A stretch of DNA of 20,790 bases, taken from Bdellovibrionales bacterium. Lineage in GTDB: Bacteria; Bdellovibrionota; Bdellovibrionia; Bdellovibrionales; JAGQZY01. Positions 1 through 8,499 of this stretch are shown here, piece by piece. How positions within the stretch are numbered: position 1 is the stretch's first letter; each line of letters opens with the position of its first letter. Below the pieces are notes generated by a model, which saw only the letters and a list, made by a program, of their open reading frames with translations, ran no database searches and was not told where the DNA came from. A program made the translations under genes and the position numbers. Location: the NCBI GenBank assembly GCA_031426555.1, contig JANPLN010000056.1, positions 1-20,790 of the forward strand. Direction: 5' to 3'.

Positions 1-1586
1 GCGACACTGACTTTGTTGCTTGCGGCATTGATGTTTCTAAATTGTAAATCCACACCCGACTTGGCGTCGTAAACTCCAACGCCGCCGACACCTTGGTTGC
101 TTGCGGTGTTGGTTTCGCCAACTCCCGCTGGAGTGACCCACGTGAGAATCCCGTTTCCGTCAGTTTGTAAATACTGTCCGCTGTCGCCGTCGTTTACTGG
201 AAGCGTAAGGACATAATTTGCGCCAAGTGCATCTGGGGCGCGAACTGTTGCTGTGTTTGTTCCTCCGGCCGCAAGTTCGGTAAATGCAATGGCTCCACCG
301 TCGCCTGCAGCTACACCTTTTGGACCCATATTCAGTTGGCCAGTCATCGTATCGCCGGCTTTGGCGACTTTTTCGGAATTCAATTCGTCGATGGCTGCCT
401 GAACTGTCACTGCCGCTACGGCACCAGCAGGCGTGTTATCAATTTGCACAGCATCGTAATCACTCGCTGCCGCTACGACTGCACCCGTTCTGCCAAACAC
501 ACTGTCCACTGGCGACACAGCAAATTCTGCAGTGCCATCCCAAAACATTAATTTGTTGTTGGTGGTGTTGTACCACACCGTGCCTTCGTGACCTGCCACA
601 AGCGGAGTCGCAACAAGCGTCGCTTGTTGAACAGAGGTGTAAACGCCAACACGAAATGTTCTCTGCGCAGCCTGAGTCATGTGGCCAATGTCGTTGATAT
701 CATTGCTTCCCATGCCGATGGCGCCCGCCATGGTTCCGCCAGCTAACGGAAGCTTCGTTGGATCGCCGCCGCTCGTGCCAAGAGTGAGAACACTTGTGCC
801 GTCGTAGTAACGAAGTACAAAGTCGTCGCTATCGTACCAAATTTGCCCCGCTGTGGGAGATACAGGATTTGTGGCGCGGTTTGGAATCACCGTGCCGTTT
901 GTGGTGTTTTGCAAATACAGGGAGCTACTTCCAGCAAGCAAACCGCTCAACGTTGTGTAACTTGCGCCAAACAGCGTATTCACTTTTGCTTGAGTCACGT
1001 CGGTGTTTGTTTGTACAAAATTTGAGGGCGTCATCCCCTGCAACGTCTCTGCAACTAACGACTGCGGAACGGAATCAATTTGCATGTCTGGCGACAGCGT
1101 ACTGGTTACAGCTGTGGTGCTCGGTGTAACGATGAAACGAAAGTATCTGGTATCGCCAGCTGCCGGAGTATATCCGCAACCCGCACCGCCCGAGGTCTTA
1201 CCAGCGACACTTGCGTTTTGGTTTTGGAAAACTTCCATCATGGAATTTCCAACATCGATGGTGGCTGTGGTGCGCTTTAGCGACTCCGCCCCCGCTGTTG
1301 GTGATCCCACGCGAACGTTAAAATAACCATTCGAAGACAACGTACTCACCGTTTGCTCTTCTTCATACAAAATACAAGTTTTTGCAGGGTTGAGAATTTG
1401 GATTTTCATGAGCACTGAATTATCTAGAAGAGGATCTTCGGGAGTAGTGGAATCATAAAGACGCCCGTCCACAGTCATAAACTGCGGAGGCTCAGTTTGC
1501 GCTGTTGCAAGAGCTGGCAGAAAAAGGAGCAAACTGAAAACGTACAAAGTACTTTTAATTGAGGAAAATCGAAAACGTAGCACCAC
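1..1586 (-). CDS. Phage tail-fibre-like adhesin (Bdellovibrio mosaic adhesive trimer-type fibre), 5' part; runs off the left edge of the window
   Basis: Manual translation of the minus strand is open from GTG at 1586 (or 1583) to the window edge. It has a signal peptide (..LLLFLPALATA|Q) and an N-terminal domain 'MTVDGRLY..KTCILYEEEQ..GYFNVRVG..DSVPQSLVAETL' typical of Bdellovibrio fibre proteins. Fibre motifs follow: KLPLAGGTMAG, VDSVFGRTGAV, KVAKAGDTMTG, LTLPVNDGDSGQYLQTDGNGILTW, GETNTASN. Absent from the ORF track because there is no stop in the window. Confidence 0.88.
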   Translation of the reverse strand, partial: MVLRFRFSSIKSTLYVFSLLLFLPALATAQTEPPQFMTVDGRLYDSTTPEDPLLDNSVLMKIQILNPAKTCILYEEEQTVSTLSSNGYFNVRVGSPTAGAESLKRTTATIDVGNSMMEVFQNQNASVAGKTSGGAGCGYTPAAGDTRYFRFIVTPSTTAVTSTLSPDMQIDSVPQSLVAETLQGMTPSNFVQTNTDVTQAKVNTLFGASYTTLSGLLAGSSSLYLQNTTNGTVIPNRATNPVSPTAGQIWYDSDDFVLRYYDGTSVLTLGTSGGDPTKLPLAGGTMAGAIGMGSNDINDIGHMTQAAQRTFRVGVYTSVQQATLVATPLVAGHEGTVWYNTTNNKLMFWDGTAEFAVSPVDSVFGRTGAVVAAASDYDAVQIDNTPAGAVAAVTVQAAIDELNSEKVAKAGDTMTGQLNMGPKGVAAGDGGAIAFTELAAGGTNTATVRAPDALGANYVLTLPVNDGDSGQYLQTDGNGILTWVTPAGVGETNTASNQGVGGVGVYDAKSGVDLQFRNINAASNKVSV

Positions 1587-1592
1587 AATGAC

Positions 1593-1620
1593 TTATCGGT
1601 CCTTGCTTCGAAAAATTAAG
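1593..1620 (-). promoter_or_regulatory. Sigma28 (FliA)-type promoter for the fibre gene, probably leaderless
   Basis: Minus strand CTTAA-N15-ACCGATAA resembles the TAAA-N15-GCCGATAA consensus. The GTG start lies 6 nt after the -10 box with no Shine-Dalgarno. Confidence 0.7.
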
Positions 1621-1725
1621 GGATTAGACAAAAGTTAGGCAGTTAGCTGATAGATACCTTCTCAATTTGCGACAAAAGATTTAAAAGTGTTCCAAACTAG
1701 ACCAGTTTATTAAAAAAATTGAACA

Positions 1726-1754
1726 TTGCCGGTGAAAAAAGCGTGTGGCACCAT
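1726..1754 (+). promoter_or_regulatory. Putative sigma70 promoter for the MFS gene
   Basis: TTGCCG-N17-CACCAT; ATG at 1762 follows after a 7-nt gap, with no RBS. Confidence 0.35.
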
Positions 1755-1761
1755 TTGCTGG

Positions 1762-3009
1762 ATGACCTACTTCAGTCTGATGAAAGCCGAACCTAAACCC
1801 CTACTGTTTGCCATGTGTAACTCGTTTTTTTCGTGTTTTGGACAATCGCATTTTTTAGCTCTGTTTAGTTTAACAATTTTGCAGCAGTACCACCTTTCAA
1901 ACACACGGTTTGGCACTCTCTACGCTGGAGGCACCTTTTTAAGCGCATTTTTTTTACCCGTGGTGGGCCCATGGATCGATCGTGTGGACGTTCGGAAGTA
2001 CTGCCTGTTGGTTTTGTTCGCTCTAGTGACTGGATACTACTTTCTGCTCTCTACAAATTCTTTGTTCGTCCTGTTTGTAAGTCTCTTTTTACTGCGCATG
2101 GGAGGCCAGGGCTTATGCATGCATATCAATGGCGTCTGCACTGCTCGCTACTTCGGAAACAATCGCGGAAAAGCTCTTAGTCTCACAAACACAGGCTTTC
2201 CACTGGCGGAGGGAGTTTTCACACCGATCATGGCGGGACTGATTGTTGTGTATTCACCGCAATTGATAATTTATATTTTAATCGGATTACTTTTGCTCAT
2301 TTATTTCCCAATAACATTTTTTATAACAAAAAATAATTCCCATTTTAATAAACCCCTCCTTTCCGAAGAAGTTCCCGACCAACACACCAGTCGAAAAAAC
2401 TGGACGCCACACGATGTTCTTCGCCACAAAATTTTTTACCTTTTGATCTCGCATAGTATTTTCCCGGCGTTTTCACTCTCTGGTTTTTTAATTTATCAAA
2501 TGTCCTACGCGCAAAGCAAAAACTGGCCTCTCAACACGGTGGCTTTAGCCATGAGTCTTTTTGCCTGTGGCCGACTGCTTTCGGCGTTCGTTACCGGGCC
2601 GTTGGTGGATCGGCTGGGTGCCTTGCGACTTTTTCCGTTTTATCAATTACCGCTGGCCATGGCTTTTTCGCTCCTGTGGTATTTTGAATCCCCATGGATC
2701 GCAAGCCTCGGTCTGTTTTTGTGCGGAGTCACTGTCGGCGCAGCCGCTCCCATCAAATCTTCGTTGTGGGCGGAACTCTACGGCGTGGCACATTTAGGCG
2801 CCATTAAAAGTTTATTCGCCACGATCATTGTTGTTGTTACATCTGTAAGCCCATTATTTTTTGGTTGGATGATCGATCGAAATCAGCACATTTTTTTGCT
2901 ACTATTGCTCACTCTTATATCACTTATCACCACCGCTTTGGGATCGCTCGCTGTGTATCTTTATCAAAAAGAGAGTGCTGCGGAACGTATATTGTCACTC
3001 AAAAGGTAA
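1762..3009 (+). CDS. MFS transporter (12-TM)
   Basis: Multiple hydrophobic helices, with MFS motif A-like 'GPWIDRVDVR' and 'GPLVDRLGALR' in both halves. ATG 1762 is preferred over the track's TTG 1726. Confidence 0.9.
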   Translation: MTYFSLMKAEPKPLLFAMCNSFFSCFGQSHFLALFSLTILQQYHLSNTRFGTLYAGGTFLSAFFLPVVGPWIDRVDVRKYCLLVLFALVTGYYFLLSTNSLFVLFVSLFLLRMGGQGLCMHINGVCTARYFGNNRGKALSLTNTGFPLAEGVFTPIMAGLIVVYSPQLIIYILIGLLLLIYFPITFFITKNNSHFNKPLLSEEVPDQHTSRKNWTPHDVLRHKIFYLLISHSIFPAFSLSGFLIYQMSYAQSKNWPLNTVALAMSLFACGRLLSAFVTGPLVDRLGALRLFPFYQLPLAMAFSLLWYFESPWIASLGLFLCGVTVGAAAPIKSSLWAELYGVAHLGAIKSLFATIIVVVTSVSPLFFGWMIDRNQHIFLLLLLTLISLITTALGSLAVYLYQKESAAERILSLKR

Positions 3010-3057
3010 TCTTTTCCCTCGCCCCCTCTCCATCAGCACTCTCAATCCACAAGGGCG

Positions 3058-3073
3058 TGGTACAGAAACTGTA
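3058..3073 (+). promoter_or_regulatory. Possible sigma54 promoter upstream of the M23 gene
   Basis: TGGTAC-AGAAA-CTGTA has the correct -24/-12 spacing but is degenerate (GT instead of GC). Confidence 0.4.
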
Positions 3074-3101
3074 ATAGGTAACTGTGGGGAGAGAGGTGCC
3101 G

Positions 3102-4541
3102 ATGAAAGTACACAACCTTAAATTATGGATAGTCTCTGTTCCGTTACTTTTGGCTGCAAACTCTGCGGTGGCTCTAGACTCCTATATCTATTTCGAAAAT
3201 ACCTTTCAAAAAAATCTTTCCTGTCAGCGCCTTGCTGTGAAGTTTTCTCCGTACTTCATCCTCAACGCGGATCTTAGCAGCACCAACAACTATCTCCGGC
3301 GTGGGAGTTTTGTGGACTTTAAAAAAGATAAAATCATTCGTTCGTGGAATTTAGTCACAGAAAAAAAATTGAGCATCGCCATCACTGACAATTTTTTAGA
3401 CACCGCAGAAAAGTGGAAAATCAAAGTCCTTTCAACTCAAATAGATATTCCCCAACTGTCATTAACCAACAAAACACTGGTCACACAACAAACAGCTGAT
3501 GGCAGATTCACAGTCGATCGCTGTTGCACCGGAAACTCCTGCGAAATTCTCCCCGTCTATAACGTGTTGGATGGGCAAAGACAAATCGCTGAAATGTCCT
3601 TCCACCCGAAAAAATCAAACTTCTTAAAAAGCTACTCTCTTGCCAAGGGAACGACGAACAATATTCAATCTCTGATAGAGCCGCGATGGCTCGCGCCCCC
3701 GGCCACTCCTGCCTACACAGGACCTCTCGCTGCCGCCTCGGTGAGTACCACCTCGCAAATTGCGCAAAATATTGTCTGCACTCGCTCTGATCCTCTCCGA
3801 ATTTACGACGACTCCATGCAAACGGTGATTTACAATATTCAAAGATTCCAGGCGATTCGAATTTTTCAAAGCTGGGAAGGCGATCGCGAAGAGCGACAAT
3901 CCGATAAAACCACCTACATTAAAGTTTTAGCTCACAATGCCCGCGGCCAAGAAATCGTGGGTTGGGCCGCCGCCACCTACATCAAACGCCCCGATGATTG
4001 CCCAGCTTTCGGTTTAGTGGGAAGCCCGAGCGGTGAAACCCTCATCGAAGGCTCCACCATCGTTGTTGATAACTCCACCGGCAACTTCCGCTTTCCCACA
4101 GAAAATAAACCATCAGCCGAATACACTCGCGGCAATGGGGGACGATATTTTGGAGCCAGTCGCTCCGGGCGAAAACATGCCGCCTGTGATCTTATGCGCC
4201 CCAACGATGAAAAAGTATTTGCTGTCTCTGGAGGAACTGTTCTCCAACGCTACAGATTTTACGAAGGAACTGATGCCATCGAAGTCAAACACGACAGTGG
4301 CCATGTGATGCGCTACGGAGAGGTTTCCACAAGAACCGTGGGCCAGTCCGGAAAGGGCGCTCGCGTTGTCAAAGGACAGCACATTGGCTACATTTCTAAC
4401 TTAGCTATGTTGCATTTCGAAATGTATTCGGGCTCTGGAACGGGCCCTCTCACGGTCCGAGGACGAGATAAGTACTCTCGCCGCTCCGACCTTATCGATC
4501 CAACAAACTTTTTGAAACAATGGGAAGAACTCACTTTTTAA
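3102..4541 (+). CDS. Secreted M23-family metallopeptidase with SH3-like middle domain
   Basis: GAGAGG RBS before ATG 3102 and a signal peptide (..SAVA|L). The C-terminal M23 domain has HAACD (HxxxD), 'VFAVSGGTV', 'VKGQHIGY' and 'MLHFEMY'. An SH3-like segment ending 'VGWAAATYIK' precedes it. Confidence 0.85.
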   Translation: MKVHNLKLWIVSVPLLLAANSAVALDSYIYFENTFQKNLSCQRLAVKFSPYFILNADLSSTNNYLRRGSFVDFKKDKIIRSWNLVTEKKLSIAITDNFLDTAEKWKIKVLSTQIDIPQLSLTNKTLVTQQTADGRFTVDRCCTGNSCEILPVYNVLDGQRQIAEMSFHPKKSNFLKSYSLAKGTTNNIQSLIEPRWLAPPATPAYTGPLAAASVSTTSQIAQNIVCTRSDPLRIYDDSMQTVIYNIQRFQAIRIFQSWEGDREERQSDKTTYIKVLAHNARGQEIVGWAAATYIKRPDDCPAFGLVGSPSGETLIEGSTIVVDNSTGNFRFPTENKPSAEYTRGNGGRYFGASRSGRKHAACDLMRPNDEKVFAVSGGTVLQRYRFYEGTDAIEVKHDSGHVMRYGEVSTRTVGQSGKGARVVKGQHIGYISNLAMLHFEMYSGSGTGPLTVRGRDKYSRRSDLIDPTNFLKQWEELTF

Positions 4542-4578
4542 TTAAACGTTAAGACGTCGAAGACGACGGAGGACTATT

Positions 4579-5280
4579 ATGTTACGTCAACGCTGGCCGC
4601 TACTTTTTGTGATCTTAGGACTGGTCTTTTTTGTTTACTGGTTAAAACAGAAGGAACAAAAAAACTCTGAAAAGCATATTATCACAAAACCTTACGATCA
4701 GCCGCAACTGCAAACTCAAAGTTATGCCCGATACGCTTTAAATTCGAAACCGCAAAAGCCAAAAACAATTCCACTCAATGTTAAAAACATTCAACTTATG
4801 ACTCAAACCCTAAAATTAGCGGCGCTGCAGCCCTCGCTGCAAGTCGCCTTAGAGCAATTGCAAAAGCTCCGACTTCAGCCCAGCCTTTATCAAGACTCCA
4901 ATCCAGAAACTGGAACACTCTCCGTGGTTCGTACAGAAAAACCCTTCCCTGGCACTCGCTATTTTCACGCCCAGTATTTTTCGAGCGACAAACAAAAACC
5001 TTTTCTCCAACATATGTCTTTTGAAATCCCCCCAAATAAAGATTCCCTGCGCGTGGCTGCACAAGCAATTAAAGATACCTTTGGCTCCCTACCCCCAGCA
5101 CACATGCAAACACCCAACATGATTGCTTGGACCTGGAAGGGAAAATACACCGTCTGGGCAATGAAAATGAATAAAGATTCTCTCGTGAGCGATTCGTTTA
5201 ACGCTTATACAGCTAGTGATGAGGGCACAGTTCGCATCGCCATCGAGCTCGACGTTCACACCCATGCCCACCACGAATAG
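4579..5280 (+). CDS. Hypothetical protein with N-terminal membrane anchor, co-oriented with the M23 gene
   Basis: GGAGG RBS, single N-terminal TM helix, 233 aa, His-rich C-terminus; starts 37 bp after the M23 stop. Confidence 0.8.
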   Translation: MLRQRWPLLFVILGLVFFVYWLKQKEQKNSEKHIITKPYDQPQLQTQSYARYALNSKPQKPKTIPLNVKNIQLMTQTLKLAALQPSLQVALEQLQKLRLQPSLYQDSNPETGTLSVVRTEKPFPGTRYFHAQYFSSDKQKPFLQHMSFEIPPNKDSLRVAAQAIKDTFGSLPPAHMQTPNMIAWTWKGKYTVWAMKMNKDSLVSDSFNAYTASDEGTVRIAIELDVHTHAHHE

Positions 5281-5542
5281 GACAAAATTTGCTGCCCCAT
5301 TGGAAAGTTAGAGGCTTGGGAAGCTTTTATCGAAACCTCGAGCACGCAGACTGAGCTTTCACAGAAAGATCTGCTGGGCTATTTAAGCACAAAGCATCGA
5401 GATCGCATCCTCCAGTGGATGTCGGAGTGATCACTTTTTAGTCACTGGCTGTTGACCGTACGCAGACTTCACATGCCTCATATTGAAACACTTATTTTAA
5501 TCAGTAATTTCGATGGTTTGCGAGATAAATCTCAGGCACTTT

Positions 5543-5558
5543 TGGCACTCCCTTTGCT
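5543..5558 (+). promoter_or_regulatory. Sigma54 (RpoN) -24/-12 promoter
   Basis: TGGCAC-TCCCT-TTGCT is an exact match to TGGCAC-N5-TTGC(A/T), 24 nt upstream of ATG 5583. Confidence 0.8.
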
Positions 5559-5582
5559 TTAATACCAGGTAAGGGGTGATTT

Positions 5583-5882
5583 ATGAAAACGCTTTTAGTT
5601 CTACTAACAATGTCTGTAACATTCTCGGCTTTAGCAATTCCTCAACACGAAGAGCGAAACGTGAGCTCTAGCGAAACACCAACCTGCGTGTTCGAATCCG
5701 CAGACGTGGGCAAGATGAAGTTTCGCGGCACATCACGCGAAGAGGCCTTTGAGCGAACTGCCAGAGCTTGTCTGCAAGCGCGAGTTCAGGGTTATATAAA
5801 AATTCGTGGGGACATCCCATCCACAGAACGAAAAATTCTTTTCGCTGAAGACTGCGTCAACAAAACCTATTGTAAACACTAA
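5583..5882 (+). CDS. Small secreted hypothetical protein (4 Cys)
   Basis: AAGGGGTG RBS, Sec signal (..FSALA|I), four cysteines, and a sigma54 promoter upstream. Confidence 0.8.
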   Translation: MKTLLVLLTMSVTFSALAIPQHEERNVSSSETPTCVFESADVGKMKFRGTSREEAFERTARACLQARVQGYIKIRGDIPSTERKILFAEDCVNKTYCKH

Positions 5883-5904
5883 GGGATCGCAGTAAAAAAG
5901 AAGT

Positions 5905-6105
5905 ATGTTGAAACCTGTACTTGATTTTCTTTTTGGTAAAGACGCAAAAATTTTTAATAAAAAAGGCGTCGTTGAGCACGATTTGGGAGCAAAAAAGTGG
6001 TCTGGCTGGACGGATCGCTTTACAAAAAATCCCGATTACGACTTCACCCAACACCAGGGCCGCGCAGAAAAAAAGAACGACACGACTCCGTCCGACAGCC
6101 ATTAA
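5905..6105 (+). CDS. Small hypothetical protein (66 aa)
   Basis: ATG-started ORF with plausible composition, filling the gap between 5882 and the convergent cca stop. Confidence 0.65.
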   Translation: MLKPVLDFLFGKDAKIFNKKGVVEHDLGAKKWSGWTDRFTKNPDYDFTQHQGRAEKKNDTTPSDSH

Positions 6106-6142
6106 ATCGACGATAGTTAAATCCACGGCCACTAACTAACAG

Positions 6143-7405
6143 TTAAATTTTGCTTATAATTTCATCGCGGGTGAAATTTGGATTTTGCAGTTGAAGCAAA
6201 AAGGCTTTCTGCAGCTTATGTCCCAATTCAGGCCCAGGCTTCACTCCAGCATCCAACAGGTCTTTTCCCATAACTATGGCCGCTGGCAAGCCAGCAGGTG
6301 CGTATTTGCTTGTTAATGCGTCCCAAGGAGCGAACGCATCGGGCTTCTGTGGAGAGTCTTCCATTGCCGGCAGGCATCTTCTTAAAAAAGCCACAACGTC
6401 CTCCATCTGCGCCTTCTGCATCAGTGAGACAAACGGAGCCAGCATCACGGCTTCGGTTTTCGAAGCTCCCGCTTGTAAGAAAACATTAAGCTCTAAACAC
6501 AAATGAATAAAGCTGAGGGTGTCTTTGGAAAGTTTAAAGGTGGAAACGATGCGAATCGCCTCTGCATAACTTTTACTGCGATCTAAGCAGACAAGCGCGG
6601 CCCAGCCCCAGTGCGACGGACATGGATTTTTAAAAAATTTTTTTAAATCCGCTTCATTCCAATCCAAAGTGATAAAGAGCACAGTTTGCAAATTCATTTG
6701 TCGAAGTTTTTCAAAAAACAAATACGGTTTTTCAATAGCAAAGGCCTTATTGATTTCGTCGCGGCGTCGCTCTGCAGACACGCGCGTGAGTTGCTGGGCC
6801 GCTTTTTGCACCGCTTGAAGGGTTTTTTGTTCGACCGTGAATTCCAACTGCGCTGCGAAGCGAGCGGCGCGAAGCAATCGCAGTGAATCTTCAGCAAATC
6901 GCTCGTCTGCAACACCCACGGTGCGCAGCACTTTGCCCTTGAGATCGGCTTCACCACCCACGTAATCCAACACCCGCTTTTGACCGAGATCATAAAACAT
7001 GGCATTGACCGTAAAGTCCCGGCGCGCGGAATCTTTTTTCATATCCGAATACGCAACATGCTCAGGATGGCGTCCGTCTTTGTAATCCGACTCTTCACGA
7101 AACGTTGCGAGCTCGATCGGATCTTGGGCGGCGTCTTGATCACCGTCTTGGTCGTCGGCCATGACAACTCGGCACACTCCAAAGCTTTTACCCACCATGA
7201 TCACTCTAGGAAAGATTTTTTCGATTTGCTCGGGCGTGGCACTGGTGGCAATGTCGATGTCCTTTGCAAGTTTCCCCAACAAAGCATCGCGCACACACCC
7301 ACCCGCCAGCACCGCCTCGTACCCTTGGTTGTGCAGTTGCTGGCAAATCTGCACGACGTATTTCCACTGCGGATGCTGAGCAAGTAAAGTTTCCATTGAT
7401 TTCAT
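6143..7405 (-). CDS. cca: tRNA nucleotidyltransferase (class II CCA-adding enzyme family)
   Basis: Motifs GGCVRD, DIDIAT, ELATFR, RRDFTVNA and RFAEDSLRLLRAARF (EDxxR template). It lacks the poly(A) polymerase signature. The start could be 7405 or 7396. Confidence 0.88.
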   Translation of the reverse strand: MKSMETLLAQHPQWKYVVQICQQLHNQGYEAVLAGGCVRDALLGKLAKDIDIATSATPEQIEKIFPRVIMVGKSFGVCRVVMADDQDGDQDAAQDPIELATFREESDYKDGRHPEHVAYSDMKKDSARRDFTVNAMFYDLGQKRVLDYVGGEADLKGKVLRTVGVADERFAEDSLRLLRAARFAAQLEFTVEQKTLQAVQKAAQQLTRVSAERRRDEINKAFAIEKPYLFFEKLRQMNLQTVLFITLDWNEADLKKFFKNPCPSHWGWAALVCLDRSKSYAEAIRIVSTFKLSKDTLSFIHLCLELNVFLQAGASKTEAVMLAPFVSLMQKAQMEDVVAFLRRCLPAMEDSPQKPDAFAPWDALTSKYAPAGLPAAIVMGKDLLDAGVKPGPELGHKLQKAFLLQLQNPNFTRDEIISKI

Positions 7406-7445
7406 GATAACAGAATATTGTGTTCTGTGTTACTGGATTTGTCGG

Positions 7446-8471
7446 ATGGAAAACCACGGATTTTTAAAATCAGTCTTCGAAAATCACGATCTCTCGCATT
7501 GGAATTGGACTCCTTTGCAGACGCCGCTTTCCATGGACATTTATAAAACCTGGATCGAAAAGTCCTACCACGGCGATATGGCTTATCTTAAAAATCACAT
7601 TCCACAAAAAGAACACCCCCAAAATCTTTTGCCGCAGGCTCAGAGCGCCTTTGTATTTTCCGTGGAATACGGACTGAAGCCCAACACGCTTCCCACAAAA
7701 AATCTCCGGGTCGCGGCCTACGCCAAAGACGAAGACTATCACGTCTGGTTTAAACAAAAAACCCTGCAACTTTGCAAAGATCTTAAAGCTCTCTTTCCGC
7801 ACAACGAATTTGTGGGTTTTACAGATTCCTCCCCTGTGATGGAAAGGGATTTGGCTTACCGGGCCGGCCTGGGGTGGTTTGGAAAAAACACCTGCTTGAT
7901 CGATCGAAAACGCGGAAGTCTTTTTTTTATTGGCGAGATTTATTCCACCTTGGCTTATCCACAAACAAAGCCTCCTTCACCTAGCTTGGATCACTGTGGC
8001 ACTTGCGACCGCTGCATCACCGCTTGCCCCACCAATGCCATCGAGGCCGAGCGAACTCTCAACGCCACCAAGTGTATTTCCTACTGGACCATTGAGTCTA
8101 AAAAAGTGCCGCCGCCAGAGCTTCGCGAAAAATTTTCCGATTGGTTTTTTGGCTGTGATATTTGCCAAACAGTCTGTCCGTGGAACATCAAAGTTCGCGA
8201 CCTCGCAGAGCCTGCGCCGCAAGACCCCACCGACGATTTACGCATGATTCTCGAAAGCTCCAACAAGGCTTTAATGCGACTGTTTGCAAACACACCGTTA
8301 AGTCGTGCCGGCGGTCGAGGGCTTAAACGCAATGCTCTCATTGTGATTGCCAATAAAAAACTCACGGCACTTGCGCCCTCTGTAAAAGCGTATCTTTCCG
8401 ATCGGGAGCTTTGCGAACTCGCCCAATGGACCATGGACAAACTTGCGGAATCGTGTAAACTCGCCCTATAA
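7446..8471 (+). CDS. queG: Epoxyqueuosine reductase
   Basis: YHGDMAYL, DYH, 'DSSPVMER..AYRAGLGWFGKN', CGTCDRCITACP, CISYWTIE and GCDICQTVCPWN motifs. The start is taken as ATG 7446 rather than 7404, which overlaps the cca start. Confidence 0.95.
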   Translation: MENHGFLKSVFENHDLSHWNWTPLQTPLSMDIYKTWIEKSYHGDMAYLKNHIPQKEHPQNLLPQAQSAFVFSVEYGLKPNTLPTKNLRVAAYAKDEDYHVWFKQKTLQLCKDLKALFPHNEFVGFTDSSPVMERDLAYRAGLGWFGKNTCLIDRKRGSLFFIGEIYSTLAYPQTKPPSPSLDHCGTCDRCITACPTNAIEAERTLNATKCISYWTIESKKVPPPELREKFSDWFFGCDICQTVCPWNIKVRDLAEPAPQDPTDDLRMILESSNKALMRLFANTPLSRAGGRGLKRNALIVIANKKLTALAPSVKAYLSDRELCELAQWTMDKLAESCKLAL

Positions 8472-8499
8472 AGCCACGAGCTAAAAACCAGGAGCCTCG

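Noticed and set aside
284..1326. Several plus-strand ORFs in the track (284..697, 336..551, 794..1129, 843..1025, 1003..1326, 1080..1280)
   Set aside because: Antisense shadows of the long minus-strand fibre gene, with no protein-like motifs.
1746..1758. TGGCAC..TTTGC as a sigma54 promoter
   Set aside because: GG-to-GC spacing is 10 rather than the required 12.
6143..7405. Poly(A) polymerase (pcnB) assignment
   Set aside because: 'MVGKSFGVCRV' does not match the PAP signature (G-R/K-R/K-F), so a tRNA nucleotidyltransferase is more likely.
7404..7445. Track's N-terminal extension of QueG (MITEYCVLCYWICR)
   Set aside because: It overlaps the divergent cca start and does not resemble a QueG N-terminus; ATG 7446 is preferred.
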